Shown here piece by piece: positions 50,080 to 60,866 of a DNA stretch of 64,000 bases; position 1 is the stretch's first letter; each line of letters starts with the position of its first letter. The position numbers and the translations under genes were made by a program. The notes under the pieces were generated by a model, which saw nothing but the letters and a program-made list of their open reading frames with translations, did no database searches and was not told where the DNA came from. Source of the stretch: an uncultured Aliarcobacter sp. (GTDB lineage Bacteria > Campylobacterota > Campylobacteria > Campylobacterales > Arcobacteraceae); assembly GCA_963664305.2 (NCBI GenBank), contig CAXXLV010000002.1:992001-1056000 (forward strand), written 5' to 3'.

Positions 50080-50853
50080 TTGAGAACAAAAACTAAATCA
50101 TTTTTTGAAGATATATTTATACTTTTAATACTTGGAGTTATTATTTATGTAGCATTTAGTCTTATTTTTGGAGAAAATGAAAATGAGTTTTCTGAAAATA
50201 ATACTTCAATAGAAAAAAATATTGAAAATACAAATTTTGCTAAACAAGTAGATGATATAAAAGAAGAAATAGGAAAAAAACTTGAAGAGACTATTGCAAG
50301 TACACAAAATGAACCTGTTGCAATAATTGAACAAACTACAACAAATGAAGATTTAAATAAATCTGAAATAGTTGAAGATAGAGTTGAAAAAAAACCTGAA
50401 CAAGAAGTTATAAAAATAGTTGAAAATCAAGTAGAACCTGAAGTTAATAATAAATCTATTTCAACTGAAGTAGTAAAAAAAGAGACTGCAGAAAAAATTG
50501 AAACTAAACCTGTAGTTGGTGAAATAATAGAAAAACCTATTGAAAAAACTGAGAAAGTTGAAAAAATAGAACAAATTGATGATGAAAAAGCTAAAGTAGA
50601 AGTTTTTTATCAAACAATAAGAGAAAAAATCAATTCTAATATAAATAAATCATCATTTAAAAGTGGAGAATATGTAAATATTAGACTAACTATTTTAAAA
50701 GATGGTAGATATGAGCAATTAACTTTTATGGATGGTAATAAAGAGTATTTTGAATCAATCAAACCATCAATTTATAAATCTTTTCCAGTTGAAATAAATA
50801 GCTCGTTAAAAAACAATTTTCCTAGATATTTTAGAATGAAAATTGAATTCTAA
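50080..50853 (+). CDS. single-TM protein with Glu/Lys-rich linker and TonB/TolA-like C-domain
   Basis: N-terminal TM, low-complexity linker, LTILKDG...FP C-terminus. Confidence 0.55.
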   Translation: MRTKTKSFFEDIFILLILGVIIYVAFSLIFGENENEFSENNTSIEKNIENTNFAKQVDDIKEEIGKKLEETIASTQNEPVAIIEQTTTNEDLNKSEIVEDRVEKKPEQEVIKIVENQVEPEVNNKSISTEVVKKETAEKIETKPVVGEIIEKPIEKTEKVEKIEQIDDEKAKVEVFYQTIREKINSNINKSSFKSGEYVNIRLTILKDGRYEQLTFMDGNKEYFESIKPSIYKSFPVEINSSLKNNFPRYFRMKIEF

Positions 50854-50859
50854 TCCTTT

Positions 50860-50884
50860 TTAGTAAACCTTTTTGGTTTACTAA
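50860..50884. terminator. bidirectional terminator
   Basis: ttagtaaacc-ttttt-ggtttactaa. Confidence 0.65.
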
Positions 50885-50903
50885 TTTTTCTTATCTTAGC
50901 TTT

Positions 50904-51725
50904 TTATTTAATATCTAATAATACTTTTTTATAAGAGTTTTCCCAACAGCAATTATGCTCTTCATCGAAATATTTATATTTAATATTAGTTTTTTTATCA
51001 AATTTTGAATAATATGATAAAAATACATCTTTTGGGATAACTTTATCATTATTACCAATTAGATGATATTGTTTTATATGTTCAAGATTTTTTGTATAAT
51101 CTGCTGGATTTAAAGAACCTTCCAACTTAGAGATATTGTGTAAAGAAGTCCATTTTTCTGTATCTAAATTTCCAGCGATTGTAATTATTAAATCAATATC
51201 ATCTCTTTTTGAAGACACAAGAGTAACAACAGCTCCACCACCTGAATGACCAATTAAAGTAAAACTCTTATTTTTATATTTTTTCTTTAATTCATCTAAA
51301 CTTTCATTAAAACTTTCTATTACTTCAAAGCTAAATCTTTTATTTGTCCAAAAACTTTTATTACATATATTAGAACTAATAAACTGACAAGGACGTGCAA
51401 GATAAACTTTACACTCAGTTTTATCTTCATACATAAGTTTTAAAGTTGTAGAATTTATTGGTGTTGGGTCTTTTGAAATAGTCGTTCTTGATAGCCAAGA
51501 TAAACCATCACCTTCAACATATATTTTTAGATTTTTATTTTTACAATTTAGATTTTGTTTTTGTAAAGAAAATAGAGAAAAAGTTGATGTTTCTATATCA
51601 ATTTCTTCAAAATTATTTTTATAAGCAGTTGTTAGAACACTGCTTTTCCGTTCATTTGGAGTTGGAAGATTATTTACACAACCATTAAAAAGAAAAAATA
51701 TAACTGTAATTATTAAATATTTCAT
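50904..51725 (-). CDS. alpha/beta hydrolase lipoprotein
   Basis: lipobox FNG-C, YVEGDG, DPTP, YLARPCQ, GHSGG, D.VIP, H. Confidence 0.8.
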   Translation of the reverse strand: MKYLIITVIFFLFNGCVNNLPTPNERKSSVLTTAYKNNFEEIDIETSTFSLFSLQKQNLNCKNKNLKIYVEGDGLSWLSRTTISKDPTPINSTTLKLMYEDKTECKVYLARPCQFISSNICNKSFWTNKRFSFEVIESFNESLDELKKKYKNKSFTLIGHSGGGAVVTLVSSKRDDIDLIITIAGNLDTEKWTSLHNISKLEGSLNPADYTKNLEHIKQYHLIGNNDKVIPKDVFLSYYSKFDKKTNIKYKYFDEEHNCCWENSYKKVLLDIK

Positions 51726-51728
51726 CTC

Positions 51729-52454
51729 TTATTTTGATAACAGTTCCATTTCTCTAGCTAAAGCTCTTCTTTTTGCAAGATTAATTAAAGCATCTTTAGC
51801 CTCTTCAAAAGTTGCAATTTTTTCTGGAATATATTTTTCTATATATAAAATTTGAGTACCAACATCTTTTAGATTTACTTTTACAATTTCTCCCTCTTTT
51901 TTACCCTTTAAAGCCTCTTTTATTTGAGGATTTAATTTGTTTTCATCAACTAAAGGAGTTAAACCATTATTTTGTTTTGAAGCAACATCATTTGATACAG
52001 ATCTTACATATTTAATAAATGATTCTTTTTTATCTTGTTTGTTTTTTATTTCATTTAGCATTTCAATTATTCTATCTGCATTTTTTTCATAAGAAACTAG
52101 AATATTTCTTAATTCATATTTTCCAACTGTTCTTGGTTTTTCTATTTTATATAGTTCATTTAATTCATTTTCACTTGGTTTATAACTTTGCATAAATTTA
52201 TTTGACCAAATTTCAACTATTGCTAGATTTTTTGCAACTTCAACATCAGAATCATTTTTCATAACTGTTGCTTCTAAAGTTTTTGATAATCTCTTGATTT
52301 TTTGATACTCTTTTTCTAAAGATTCTTTTGATTTAGGATTTTGTTTTTCATAATTTGCATGATATTTCATCGCAGTATATGAAGCTATTTCATCTGCATA
52401 TAAATTCATACTTAAAAAAGTTGACAATATACATAAAGATATTTTTTTAACCAT
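51729..52454 (-). CDS. periplasmic parvulin/PEB4-like chaperone (degenerate PPIase)
   Basis: signal peptide, YELRNILV, F....SND, TFEEAK. Confidence 0.65.
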   Translation of the reverse strand: MVKKISLCILSTFLSMNLYADEIASYTAMKYHANYEKQNPKSKESLEKEYQKIKRLSKTLEATVMKNDSDVEVAKNLAIVEIWSNKFMQSYKPSENELNELYKIEKPRTVGKYELRNILVSYEKNADRIIEMLNEIKNKQDKKESFIKYVRSVSNDVASKQNNGLTPLVDENKLNPQIKEALKGKKEGEIVKVNLKDVGTQILYIEKYIPEKIATFEEAKDALINLAKRRALAREMELLSK

Positions 52455-52476
52455 TTTTTATCCTCAATTAAATATT

Positions 52477-55400
52477 TTAAAAACTAATTCCAAATGTTAC
52501 ACTTCCAGAATATCCTTGGAATTTACCATCTTTACTTCTATCATAATCCATATCAAATATTAAACTTGTTGAATCAGAAATTTTTGTTTCAAGTCCTAAT
52601 CCAACGTTATACATTGTTTTATTTAATTCAGTAACTGGTGTAACAAACTCTTTTCCACCACCAACATATTGTGCTTTTATATCAGCACTATTATCTCCAA
52701 ATGAGTTATATGCACTAACAGATAATTGAGGAATAAGTAATGTATCTTCTAATTCTATATTTGAAGTAAGTTTTGCTCCAAGTTCAACTGTACCACGATT
52801 TAATTTTAAACCATCAACTTTTAAAGCATCATTTTGATAAGTTGTTCCTTTTTCAGTATAACCTTTTTGGTTTAGTAAACTATATTCTAAAGATGCAAAT
52901 GGTGTTAAAGAGACACCATCATTAACAGGAATTGTATATCCTGTTTCAACTTTTGCAGAAATTTGTTCTGCATCAACACTTGAAGTTAATTTACCAGAAT
53001 TTGCCGTTCTTGTTCCATCTGTTTTATGTTTTGCATAAGATAAATAAGTATCAACATATGCATTTTCAAATGCTGAAGATGAATAAATTGTTCCTTGAAT
53101 ACTTGTTGTATCTGAACTATCTGATGCAGCATTTTCTTGATTTGTTTTAGTTGTAGAATAAGCAAGTGCTGCTCCAAAAATTGTTCCATCACCTGAAATT
53201 TTATCCATACCACCTACAAAACCATATGTTGAAGTATTAAATCCATAATATTCATCAACTTGATCTTGTGTAGCTTTTCCAGCCATTCCTTTTAACCAAA
53301 ACGATGTATCAAAACTATAATAATCTCCTGAAGATAATCCTGTTCTATATAAAGTAGGAGTAAAATTATTCATTTCACCCGTTCTAATATCAGATAATCT
53401 TCCTTTTATAGTTGTCATTGCTAAGTTTGATGCAGTAATTGATGTTTGCATATTTGAACTATTTGCAATAGGAGCAAGTTTTCTTTGAGTCTCAATCATC
53501 TCTTGTTTTTTAGCTTCACTTAAAACTGTTCCACCTTCTAAATACTCTAATTCATTGATAATTTGTGCTAGTGCACCTGCTCTATCAACTCCATTTGCAT
53601 AATCTGCAAGTGCTTGAGAAGCACCATTTGAATAATCTTTCCCTATTTCAGATTTTTCTATATATAAATCTTCTGGATTAAATGAACCATTATTTGTTCT
53701 ATCAGCAACTAATACTAAATTATTATCTTTAAATACAACCTTACTGTCTATGATACTATTATCAGAAACTTTACCATTTGCTTCATTTCCTTCAGTATAT
53801 GTTCCAGTTGAACTATTTGCACTAATTAAATTATATTCATATTTACCTGCCAAAGTTCCATTATAATCGATATGAACTTTTATATCATCTTGAATATCTA
53901 AACTATTTGCATCTATACTTCCTGATGTATCATTTGCAACAGCTTGCCCAGCTATTAAATCCGATGTATCAATTTCGAATTTAAGTGTAGAGTTTGATGC
54001 TAAAACGATTCCATTTTCAACTGTAATATCATGATTATTAACATCTAAAACAGAATTACTACTAACATTTAAATTTCCATAGAATGTCATATCTGATGTT
54101 AAATTTGCAGTTGTTTTATTTGAACTATTTCCTATTGTTATATCATTTGCATAAATATCTTTATTTATATTTTGAGTATATGAATTTGAAGCTGTACCAA
54201 CTGTTCCAAAATTCACTTCTTTTAATCTAAATAAATCTTCTCCAATATCTGTATATAAAGTTGTTGTACCTTCAAAATTAATTGTACCCTGTCCATTATT
54301 TGCAGTTGTTATTGCAAGAGGAGTAGTTGAAACTATTATTGATTTTGTATTAGCAACATTTACTGTTCCATCATTATCAAAAACTAAATCTCCATATAAA
54401 TTACCCTCAAGATTTACTATTCCATCTCCACTAACATGGAATGTACTCTCTTTTACATACACATCATTTTTAAAGGTAACTGTTTCTCCAGTAACTCCTG
54501 CATATATACTTTCAAATGTAGAATTTCCTGCTGTGTTTCCACCTAAAACTCCATAAACAGTTGAAGAGCCATTAAATCTTAATATTGCATTATTTGCATT
54601 TGCAAATTGAATTCCAGATGTTCCCGTTGTTAAGTTTACATTATCACCTATTTCAAGAGTTCCTGTAGATGAGCCAAAATCAACAGTTCCTTTCATTCCT
54701 TCTGCATTAGAAGCATTATCCCCATTTAAAACAACTGTTCCATTATCTGAATATTTTAAAGTAGAAGCATATACCATACCATCAAAAGTTACTGTTTCAC
54801 CAGTAACACCAGCGGTTATACTTTCTAAATTATTAGTACTTGTTCCTACATCACCTGTTACAGTTGAACTTCCCTCAAATACTACATTACCTGTATTTGC
54901 AGTCATTGTTGCAATAATCAAACTATCAGTTATATCAGTATTTGTTACATTTGCATTATCAGCTAATGTTAAAGTTGCATTATTATATAAATTTATAATA
55001 TCTGCAAAAATTTCTCTACGTGCCAATAAACCATTTGAAGTTACAGTACCACTTCCATCTTTATCTTGTTCATCATTTGTATTTACATTTAATTCATTTA
55101 TACCTAAACCTGAACTTCCTATAATACCATCAATTACACCATCACCTTTATAGTTTAATATTCCTGTATTATTTGCTAAAGTTTGTACAGAACCAAGAAG
55201 TCCTCCACCTGAATCTAAAATACCCATTCCATCAGCTACATTTACAATTGCATCAAAACCAGAAAAATTAATATTTCCAGTTAGATTTCCATTTAGATTA
55301 GCTGTTCCATCACTTTCAAATACTATGTTTGAAACATAAACATCATTTCCAAAAGTTACAACTTCTCCTGATGCACCTTGTAATGTTATCTCTTTTAATA

Positions 55401-58400
55401 AAGCTCCACTCGTTCCTATTTGTCCAGACACATTTGAAGTTCCTTCAAATGTTAAAGTCCCTTGATTATTAAAAGATGTTGTTACTGGTGCATTTAGGTT
55501 AGAATTATCAGCTAATATTACTTCTCCATCACCTAAAATATTTAAATTATCAGTATTTATTGAAGAATTAAAAGTAACTGTTTTTCCTGTATTTGCCACA
55601 TTGATTTGTTCTAATTTCTCAGTAGTTGTTCCTATTGTTCCATTTATAGTTGAATCACCTAGGAAAGTTAAAATTCCTAGTCCATTTTCTGCTGTAGTTA
55701 TAGTTGAAGTTATATTTGAACCGTCAGATAAAGTTAATGTTGAACTATTTGTACCTTCATTATTTAAAACTATATTTGTTGCATAAACATTTCCAGTAAT
55801 TGTTGTTGATGAATAGTTTGTTGAAGTTCCACTTTGACCAATATTTAATGTATTTATTAAAGAAGTTGAACTTCCAATATCTCCTATAAATGATTGAGAT
55901 TTCCCTGAAACATCTCCAACAAAAGTTACTATTCCTTGTGTAGTTGATAAAGCAACAATATCAGTTGAAACATTCGATACAAATTTTATCTCACCAGCTC
56001 CAATATTTGTAGTTGTTGCATATACATCACTACTAAATGTTGAATTTGATCCATTCGCTCCTGCATTTATCTCTTTTAGTAATGCTCCACTTGCTCCTAC
56101 TTGTCCACTTACTGTTGAACTTCCATTTAACGTCAATGTCCCTGTATTTGTTGTTGCTGTTGTTACTGCTGAGTTTACATCACTTCCTGTTGCTAATACT
56201 ACTGTTCCATCTGCGTTATATCTTATTGCTGTCCCTGTATAATCTCCATTTAGATTTACTGTTCCAGTCCCCTCTACATCTAAGTTTGTTGCGTAAACAT
56301 CACTACTAAACGTTGAACTTGATCCATTCGCTCCTGCATTTATCTCTTTTAGTAATGCTCCACTTGCTCCTACTTGTCCACTTACTGTTGAACTTCCATT
56401 TAACGTCAATGTCCCTGTATTTGTTGTTGCTGTTGTTACTGCTGAGTTTACATCACTTCCTGTTGCTAATACTACTGTTCCATCTGCGTTATATCTTATT
56501 GCTGTCCCTGTATAATCTCCATTTAGATTTACTGTTCCAGTCCCCTCTACATCTAAGTTTGTTGCGTAAACATCACTACTAAACGTTGAACTTGATCCAT
56601 TCGCTCCTGCATTTATCTCTTTTAGTAATGCTCCACTTGCTCCTACTTGTCCACTTACTGTTGAACTTCCATTTAACGTCAATGTCCCTGTATTTGTTGT
56701 TGCTGTTGTTACTGCTGAGTTTACATCACTTCCTGTTGCTAATACTACTGTTCCATCTGCGTTATATCTTATTGCTGTCCCTGTATAATCTCCATTTAGA
56801 TTTACTGTTCCAGTCCCCTCTACATCTAAGTTTGTTGCGTAAACATCACTACTAAACGTTGAACTTGATCCATTCGCTCCTGCATTTATCTCTTTTAGTA
56901 ATGCTCCACTTGCTCCTACTTGTCCACTTACTGTTGAACTTCCATTTAACGTCAATGTCCCTGTATTTGTTGTTGCTGTTGTTACTGCTGAGTTTACATC
57001 ACTTCCTGTTGCTAATACTACTGTTCCATCTGCGTTATATCTTATTGCTGTCCCTGTATAATCTCCATTTAGATTTACTGTTCCAGTCCCCTCTACATCT
57101 AAGTTTGTTGCGTAAACATCACTACTAAACGTTGAACTTGATCCATTCGCTCCTGCATTTATCTCTTTTAGTAATGCTCCACTTGCTCCTACTTGTCCAC
57201 TTACTGTTGAACTTCCATTTAACGTCAATGTCCCTGTATTTGTTGTTGCTGTTGTTACTGCTGAGTTTACATCACTTCCTGTTGCTAATACTACTGTTCC
57301 ATCTGCGTTATATCTTATTGCTGTCCCTGTATAATCTCCATTTAGATTTACTGTTCCAGTCCCCTCTACATCTAAGTTTGTTGCGTAAACATCACTACTA
57401 AACGTTGAACTTGATCCATTCGCTCCTGCATTTATCTCTTTTAGTAATGCTCCACTTGCTCCTACTTGTCCACTTACTGTTGAACTTCCATTTAACGTCA
57501 ATGTCCCTGTATTTGTTGTTGCTGTTGTTACTGCTGAGTTTACATCACTTCCTGTTGCTAATACTACTGTTCCATCTGCGTTATATCTTATTGCTGTCCC
57601 TGTATAATCTCCATTTAGATTTACTGTTCCAGTCCCCTCTACATCTAAGTTTGTTGCGTAAACATCACTACTAAACGTTGAACTTGATCCATTCGCTCCT
57701 GCATTTATCTCTTTTAGTAATGCTCCACTTGCTCCTACTTGTCCACTTACTGTTGAACTTCCATTTAACGTCAATGTCCCTGTATTTGTTGTTGCTGTTG
57801 TTACTGCTGAGTTTACATCACTTCCTGTTGCTAATACTACTGTTCCATCTGCGTTATATCTTATTGCTGTCCCTGTATAATCTCCATTTAGATTTACTGT
57901 TCCAGTCCCCTCTACATCTAAGTTTGTTGCGTAAACATCACTACTAAACGTTGAACTTGATCCATTCGCTCCTGCATTTATCTCTTTTAGTAATGCTCCA
58001 CTTGCTCCTACTTGTCCACTTACTGTTGAACTTCCATTTAAAGTAAGTATTCCCATATTTGCATCTGCAGTTGTAATAGTTGATGTAATATCACTTCCAT
58101 CAGCTAAAACTAATGTTGAACTATTTGTTGTTCCATTATTATTTAAAACCGTACTATTTGAATAAACATCACCGTAAATTACAGTTCTTGAATAATTTGA
58201 AGCAACCGTGTCACTTCCAATATTTAAAATACCTATATCAGAAGAAATTGAAGTCCCTATATTTCCAGTAATTATTTGTTCTTTTCCTGTTCCATTACCA
58301 ACAATAGTTACTGTACCTAAATTATCTCCACCTGATGTGATATTACCTGTAAAATCTTCATTAATAAGTACATTTCCATTTACAGAAAAATTCATAGCAT

Positions 58401-59154
58401 CTGTAGTTCCAGCTGTTAAATCTACATCAGAATTAAAAGTAATTGTACTTGTTGTATCCACAGCAATAGAACCAGCATCTACTGTTCCTGTAAAAGTTAC
58501 ACTACCATCTAGTTTTATATTTCCATCATCAATGTTTGTTGTTCCATAAACTGTATTTGAACCACTAAACACAATATTTGCGACATATGCATCACTTGAT
58601 GACATATAACCATCTGTACTATTTACATAATAATAAGTTGATGTTTCTTTAACTATATTATTAACTGTTGAACCAGAAGTTAAAGTAACTGTAAAGTCAG
58701 TATCTGGATTTAGGGTTGTATAATGAGCATAATCATAATTTGTTGCAGAAAAACCACCACCATCTATGTAAGTTCCATCTGCAATTGAATTTGCTGCTGT
58801 TCCAGTCGTTCCATCTGTTGCAACAGTAACACTGTTTGTACCTGAAATCTCATTATCAGTAACACCTGTATAAGATTCTGCAACTCTATCAGGTCTAAAA
58901 ATTATATTTTCTGTAGTTGATGTTTGAGAATAAATACCTGTATTTATACCGGTATTACTTCTTTCTGTAACTGTAACATCAGGAGTTGTATAAGTTGTAC
59001 CTGTAGTCCATTCATTGTCAAAAAATGTCTCTGCATGAGCAGATATTTGACTAAAAATCAATGAACTAGTTACTAAAGAGATAGATAATGACAGACCAAT
59101 TTTTCCACCCTTTAAGATACGAAACTTCGTATCAATAACTCTAAATGATTTCAT
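52477..59154 (-). CDS. large autotransporter (type Va) adhesin
   Basis: extended signal peptide FRILKGGKI...AHA, G/T/N-rich beta-helix passenger, C-terminal barrel ending FGISF. Confidence 0.88.
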   Translation of the reverse strand: MKSFRVIDTKFRILKGGKIGLSLSISLVTSSLIFSQISAHAETFFDNEWTTGTTYTTPDVTVTERSNTGINTGIYSQTSTTENIIFRPDRVAESYTGVTDNEISGTNSVTVATDGTTGTAANSIADGTYIDGGGFSATNYDYAHYTTLNPDTDFTVTLTSGSTVNNIVKETSTYYYVNSTDGYMSSSDAYVANIVFSGSNTVYGTTNIDDGNIKLDGSVTFTGTVDAGSIAVDTTSTITFNSDVDLTAGTTDAMNFSVNGNVLINEDFTGNITSGGDNLGTVTIVGNGTGKEQIITGNIGTSISSDIGILNIGSDTVASNYSRTVIYGDVYSNSTVLNNNGTTNSSTLVLADGSDITSTITTADANMGILTLNGSSTVSGQVGASGALLKEINAGANGSSSTFSSDVYATNLDVEGTGTVNLNGDYTGTAIRYNADGTVVLATGSDVNSAVTTATTNTGTLTLNGSSTVSGQVGASGALLKEINAGANGSSSTFSSDVYATNLDVEGTGTVNLNGDYTGTAIRYNADGTVVLATGSDVNSAVTTATTNTGTLTLNGSSTVSGQVGASGALLKEINAGANGSSSTFSSDVYATNLDVEGTGTVNLNGDYTGTAIRYNADGTVVLATGSDVNSAVTTATTNTGTLTLNGSSTVSGQVGASGALLKEINAGANGSSSTFSSDVYATNLDVEGTGTVNLNGDYTGTAIRYNADGTVVLATGSDVNSAVTTATTNTGTLTLNGSSTVSGQVGASGALLKEINAGANGSSSTFSSDVYATNLDVEGTGTVNLNGDYTGTAIRYNADGTVVLATGSDVNSAVTTATTNTGTLTLNGSSTVSGQVGASGALLKEINAGANGSSSTFSSDVYATNLDVEGTGTVNLNGDYTGTAIRYNADGTVVLATGSDVNSAVTTATTNTGTLTLNGSSTVSGQVGASGALLKEINAGANGSSSTFSSDVYATNLDVEGTGTVNLNGDYTGTAIRYNADGTVVLATGSDVNSAVTTATTNTGTLTLNGSSTVSGQVGASGALLKEINAGANGSNSTFSSDVYATTTNIGAGEIKFVSNVSTDIVALSTTQGIVTFVGDVSGKSQSFIGDIGSSTSLINTLNIGQSGTSTNYSSTTITGNVYATNIVLNNEGTNSSTLTLSDGSNITSTITTAENGLGILTFLGDSTINGTIGTTTEKLEQINVANTGKTVTFNSSINTDNLNILGDGEVILADNSNLNAPVTTSFNNQGTLTFEGTSNVSGQIGTSGALLKEITLQGASGEVVTFGNDVYVSNIVFESDGTANLNGNLTGNINFSGFDAIVNVADGMGILDSGGGLLGSVQTLANNTGILNYKGDGVIDGIIGSSGLGINELNVNTNDEQDKDGSGTVTSNGLLARREIFADIINLYNNATLTLADNANVTNTDITDSLIIATMTANTGNVVFEGSSTVTGDVGTSTNNLESITAGVTGETVTFDGMVYASTLKYSDNGTVVLNGDNASNAEGMKGTVDFGSSTGTLEIGDNVNLTTGTSGIQFANANNAILRFNGSSTVYGVLGGNTAGNSTFESIYAGVTGETVTFKNDVYVKESTFHVSGDGIVNLEGNLYGDLVFDNDGTVNVANTKSIIVSTTPLAITTANNGQGTINFEGTTTLYTDIGEDLFRLKEVNFGTVGTASNSYTQNINKDIYANDITIGNSSNKTTANLTSDMTFYGNLNVSSNSVLDVNNHDITVENGIVLASNSTLKFEIDTSDLIAGQAVANDTSGSIDANSLDIQDDIKVHIDYNGTLAGKYEYNLISANSSTGTYTEGNEANGKVSDNSIIDSKVVFKDNNLVLVADRTNNGSFNPEDLYIEKSEIGKDYSNGASQALADYANGVDRAGALAQIINELEYLEGGTVLSEAKKQEMIETQRKLAPIANSSNMQTSITASNLAMTTIKGRLSDIRTGEMNNFTPTLYRTGLSSGDYYSFDTSFWLKGMAGKATQDQVDEYYGFNTSTYGFVGGMDKISGDGTIFGAALAYSTTKTNQENAASDSSDTTSIQGTIYSSSAFENAYVDTYLSYAKHKTDGTRTANSGKLTSSVDAEQISAKVETGYTIPVNDGVSLTPFASLEYSLLNQKGYTEKGTTYQNDALKVDGLKLNRGTVELGAKLTSNIELEDTLLIPQLSVSAYNSFGDNSADIKAQYVGGGKEFVTPVTELNKTMYNVGLGLETKISDSTSLIFDMDYDRSKDGKFQGYSGSVTFGISF
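56046..58041. repeat. intragenic tandem repeat, 273-bp (91-aa) unit, ~7.3 apparently identical copies
   Basis: gatccattcgctcc recurs at 56048, 56321, 56594, 56867, 57140, 57413, 57686, 57959. Confidence 0.95.
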
Positions 59155-59249
59155 TTATTAGAGTTCTCCCCTTAATTATTTTTGTACAACTTATTTAAAT
59201 AACATATATAATAGCTAATTATTCTGAAATATTCGATAAAACAGTGGTT

Positions 59250-59813
59250 TTAATTATAAAAAAAACTATTTATTTTTCTAAAATATCTTTCTATTCCATC
59301 AAAAGAGTGACTTCCACCCTCTTCAATTATCAAATCTGTCTCTTCAAGTTTTAAAGCTGCTTCACTAAAATCTAAAACCTCATCCTCTTCTTGTAATAAA
59401 GTTATAAAATTTTGAGGATTTTTTATAAATTGAACATCATAATTTCTTAAAGATTTTATATGATTTTGAGTAAACTCAAATCTTGAATTATCATAATAGT
59501 TTGTAACAAATTCTACCCCCTCATATCTATGTAAAGTTCCCCATGGATTAACAGCTGGATTTATTAAAACTGCTTTTAAATCATATTTATTTGCTAAATA
59601 AAGTGCATAAAATCCACCAAGAGAAGAACCTACTAGATAAACTGGTTCATCTTTATTTAAAGAGAACTCTATTATTTGTTCTAAAGTATCAATTGCTAAA
59701 TTTGGAATAATTGGAAGAGAAATTGTTATTATTTCCTCTTCAAAATACTCTTTAAATTTTTGTGGTTTTGAACCAAATCCTGAACTTGCAAATCCATGAA
59801 TATATATTATCAT
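59250..59813 (-). CDS. YqiA/YcfP family esterase
   Basis: IYIHGFAS, GSSLGG, LINPA, DEVLD, GGSHSF; start trimmed to MIIYIH. Confidence 0.9.
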   Translation of the reverse strand: MIIYIHGFASSGFGSKPQKFKEYFEEEIITISLPIIPNLAIDTLEQIIEFSLNKDEPVYLVGSSLGGFYALYLANKYDLKAVLINPAVNPWGTLHRYEGVEFVTNYYDNSRFEFTQNHIKSLRNYDVQFIKNPQNFITLLQEEDEVLDFSEAALKLEETDLIIEEGGSHSFDGIERYFRKINSFFYN

Positions 59814-59874
59814 TTTATTTTCTTCCAATGTTTTTATTATATAATTTTGCAATCTTACAATAAAAGGATTGATA

Positions 59875-60861
59875 ATGAAATTATTTTCAAAAATTATTTT
59901 CACTTCATCTTTTCTTGTTTTAAACCTGAATGCACAAGTTTTTTCAGTTTTTTTAGAAAATGATGTGATTAATGGAGATGACAAACATTATACAAATGGA
60001 ACTTATTTTAGTTATTTAAGCAATAAAGATACTAATGATTCATCAAAATATAACAATAGTTTTTTTGATTTAATCTCTAAAATTCCAACTTTCAATAATG
60101 ATACAAAATACCAAACTTTAGGTATGACTTATTCTCATTATGCTTTTACACCTAGTAACTTAGATAAAGAAGAAAAAATCATAGGTGATATGCCTTATGT
60201 GGGAGTTGCAACTCTTGATTTTATTTTATTTAAGTGGGATGAAGATTTTTTCCATGAATATACAATTACTTTAGGAGCTGTTGGACCTAGTACAAAAACT
60301 GATTCTTTTCAAAAATCTTTTCATAATACAATTGGAAGTACTGACCCACAAGGATGGAATAATCAATTAGAAGATGATTTTTTGTATAACTTTTCTTACT
60401 CTTATGGTTATAGAGCATTTAAACATGAGTTTTCTTATGGAAAAATGGATTTAGTAAATACAGTTAGAGCAAATATTGGAAATTATAATAGGTCTTTAAT
60501 GGCTGGAAGTATGATTAGATATGGTAATAACTTTCCAAATAACTTTAATAGTGTTGGAAAATTTATAGGTATGAATGAAAATAAACTTTTAAATCTTGAT
60601 TCAAAAACAAACAAAAATTTAGGTTGGTCATTATCTTATGGTTTAGGTTACTCTTATACAGATTATTTTTATGTAACTAATCATGACAAATCTTATGAAT
60701 TAGATGAATTAAAAGATAGTTTAGTTCATGTTATTTCTTGGGATACTTATCTTGATAAGTTTGTCTTATCTCTTAGTTTTAAAACTTCAAAAATCAATCT
60801 TTCAAATGACTATAATCAGTATGAAAATTGGGGTGGAATTAATATAGCTTATCTATTTTAG
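59875..60861 (+). CDS. LpxR-family lipid A deacylase (DUF2219)
   Basis: END...D.HYTNG, FTP, PY.G, GWNNQL, C-terminal YLF. Confidence 0.75.
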   Translation: MKLFSKIIFTSSFLVLNLNAQVFSVFLENDVINGDDKHYTNGTYFSYLSNKDTNDSSKYNNSFFDLISKIPTFNNDTKYQTLGMTYSHYAFTPSNLDKEEKIIGDMPYVGVATLDFILFKWDEDFFHEYTITLGAVGPSTKTDSFQKSFHNTIGSTDPQGWNNQLEDDFLYNFSYSYGYRAFKHEFSYGKMDLVNTVRANIGNYNRSLMAGSMIRYGNNFPNNFNSVGKFIGMNENKLLNLDSKTNKNLGWSLSYGLGYSYTDYFYVTNHDKSYELDELKDSLVHVISWDTYLDKFVLSLSFKTSKINLSNDYNQYENWGGINIAYLF

Positions 60862-60866
60862 ATAAG

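Noticed and set aside
56037..57947. Seven repeated Leu/His-rich 89-90 aa ORFs on the + strand
   Set aside because: Antisense shadows of the 273-bp autotransporter repeat; no RBS, and composition is dictated by the - strand frame.
56046..58041. Possible CRISPR array
   Set aside because: Units are 273 bp, contiguous, have no unique spacers, stay in frame within a CDS, and no cas genes are present.
59814..59984. ORF-track N-terminal extension of the YqiA esterase
   Set aside because: Overlaps the divergent LpxR-like gene; family similarity starts at MIIYIHGF.
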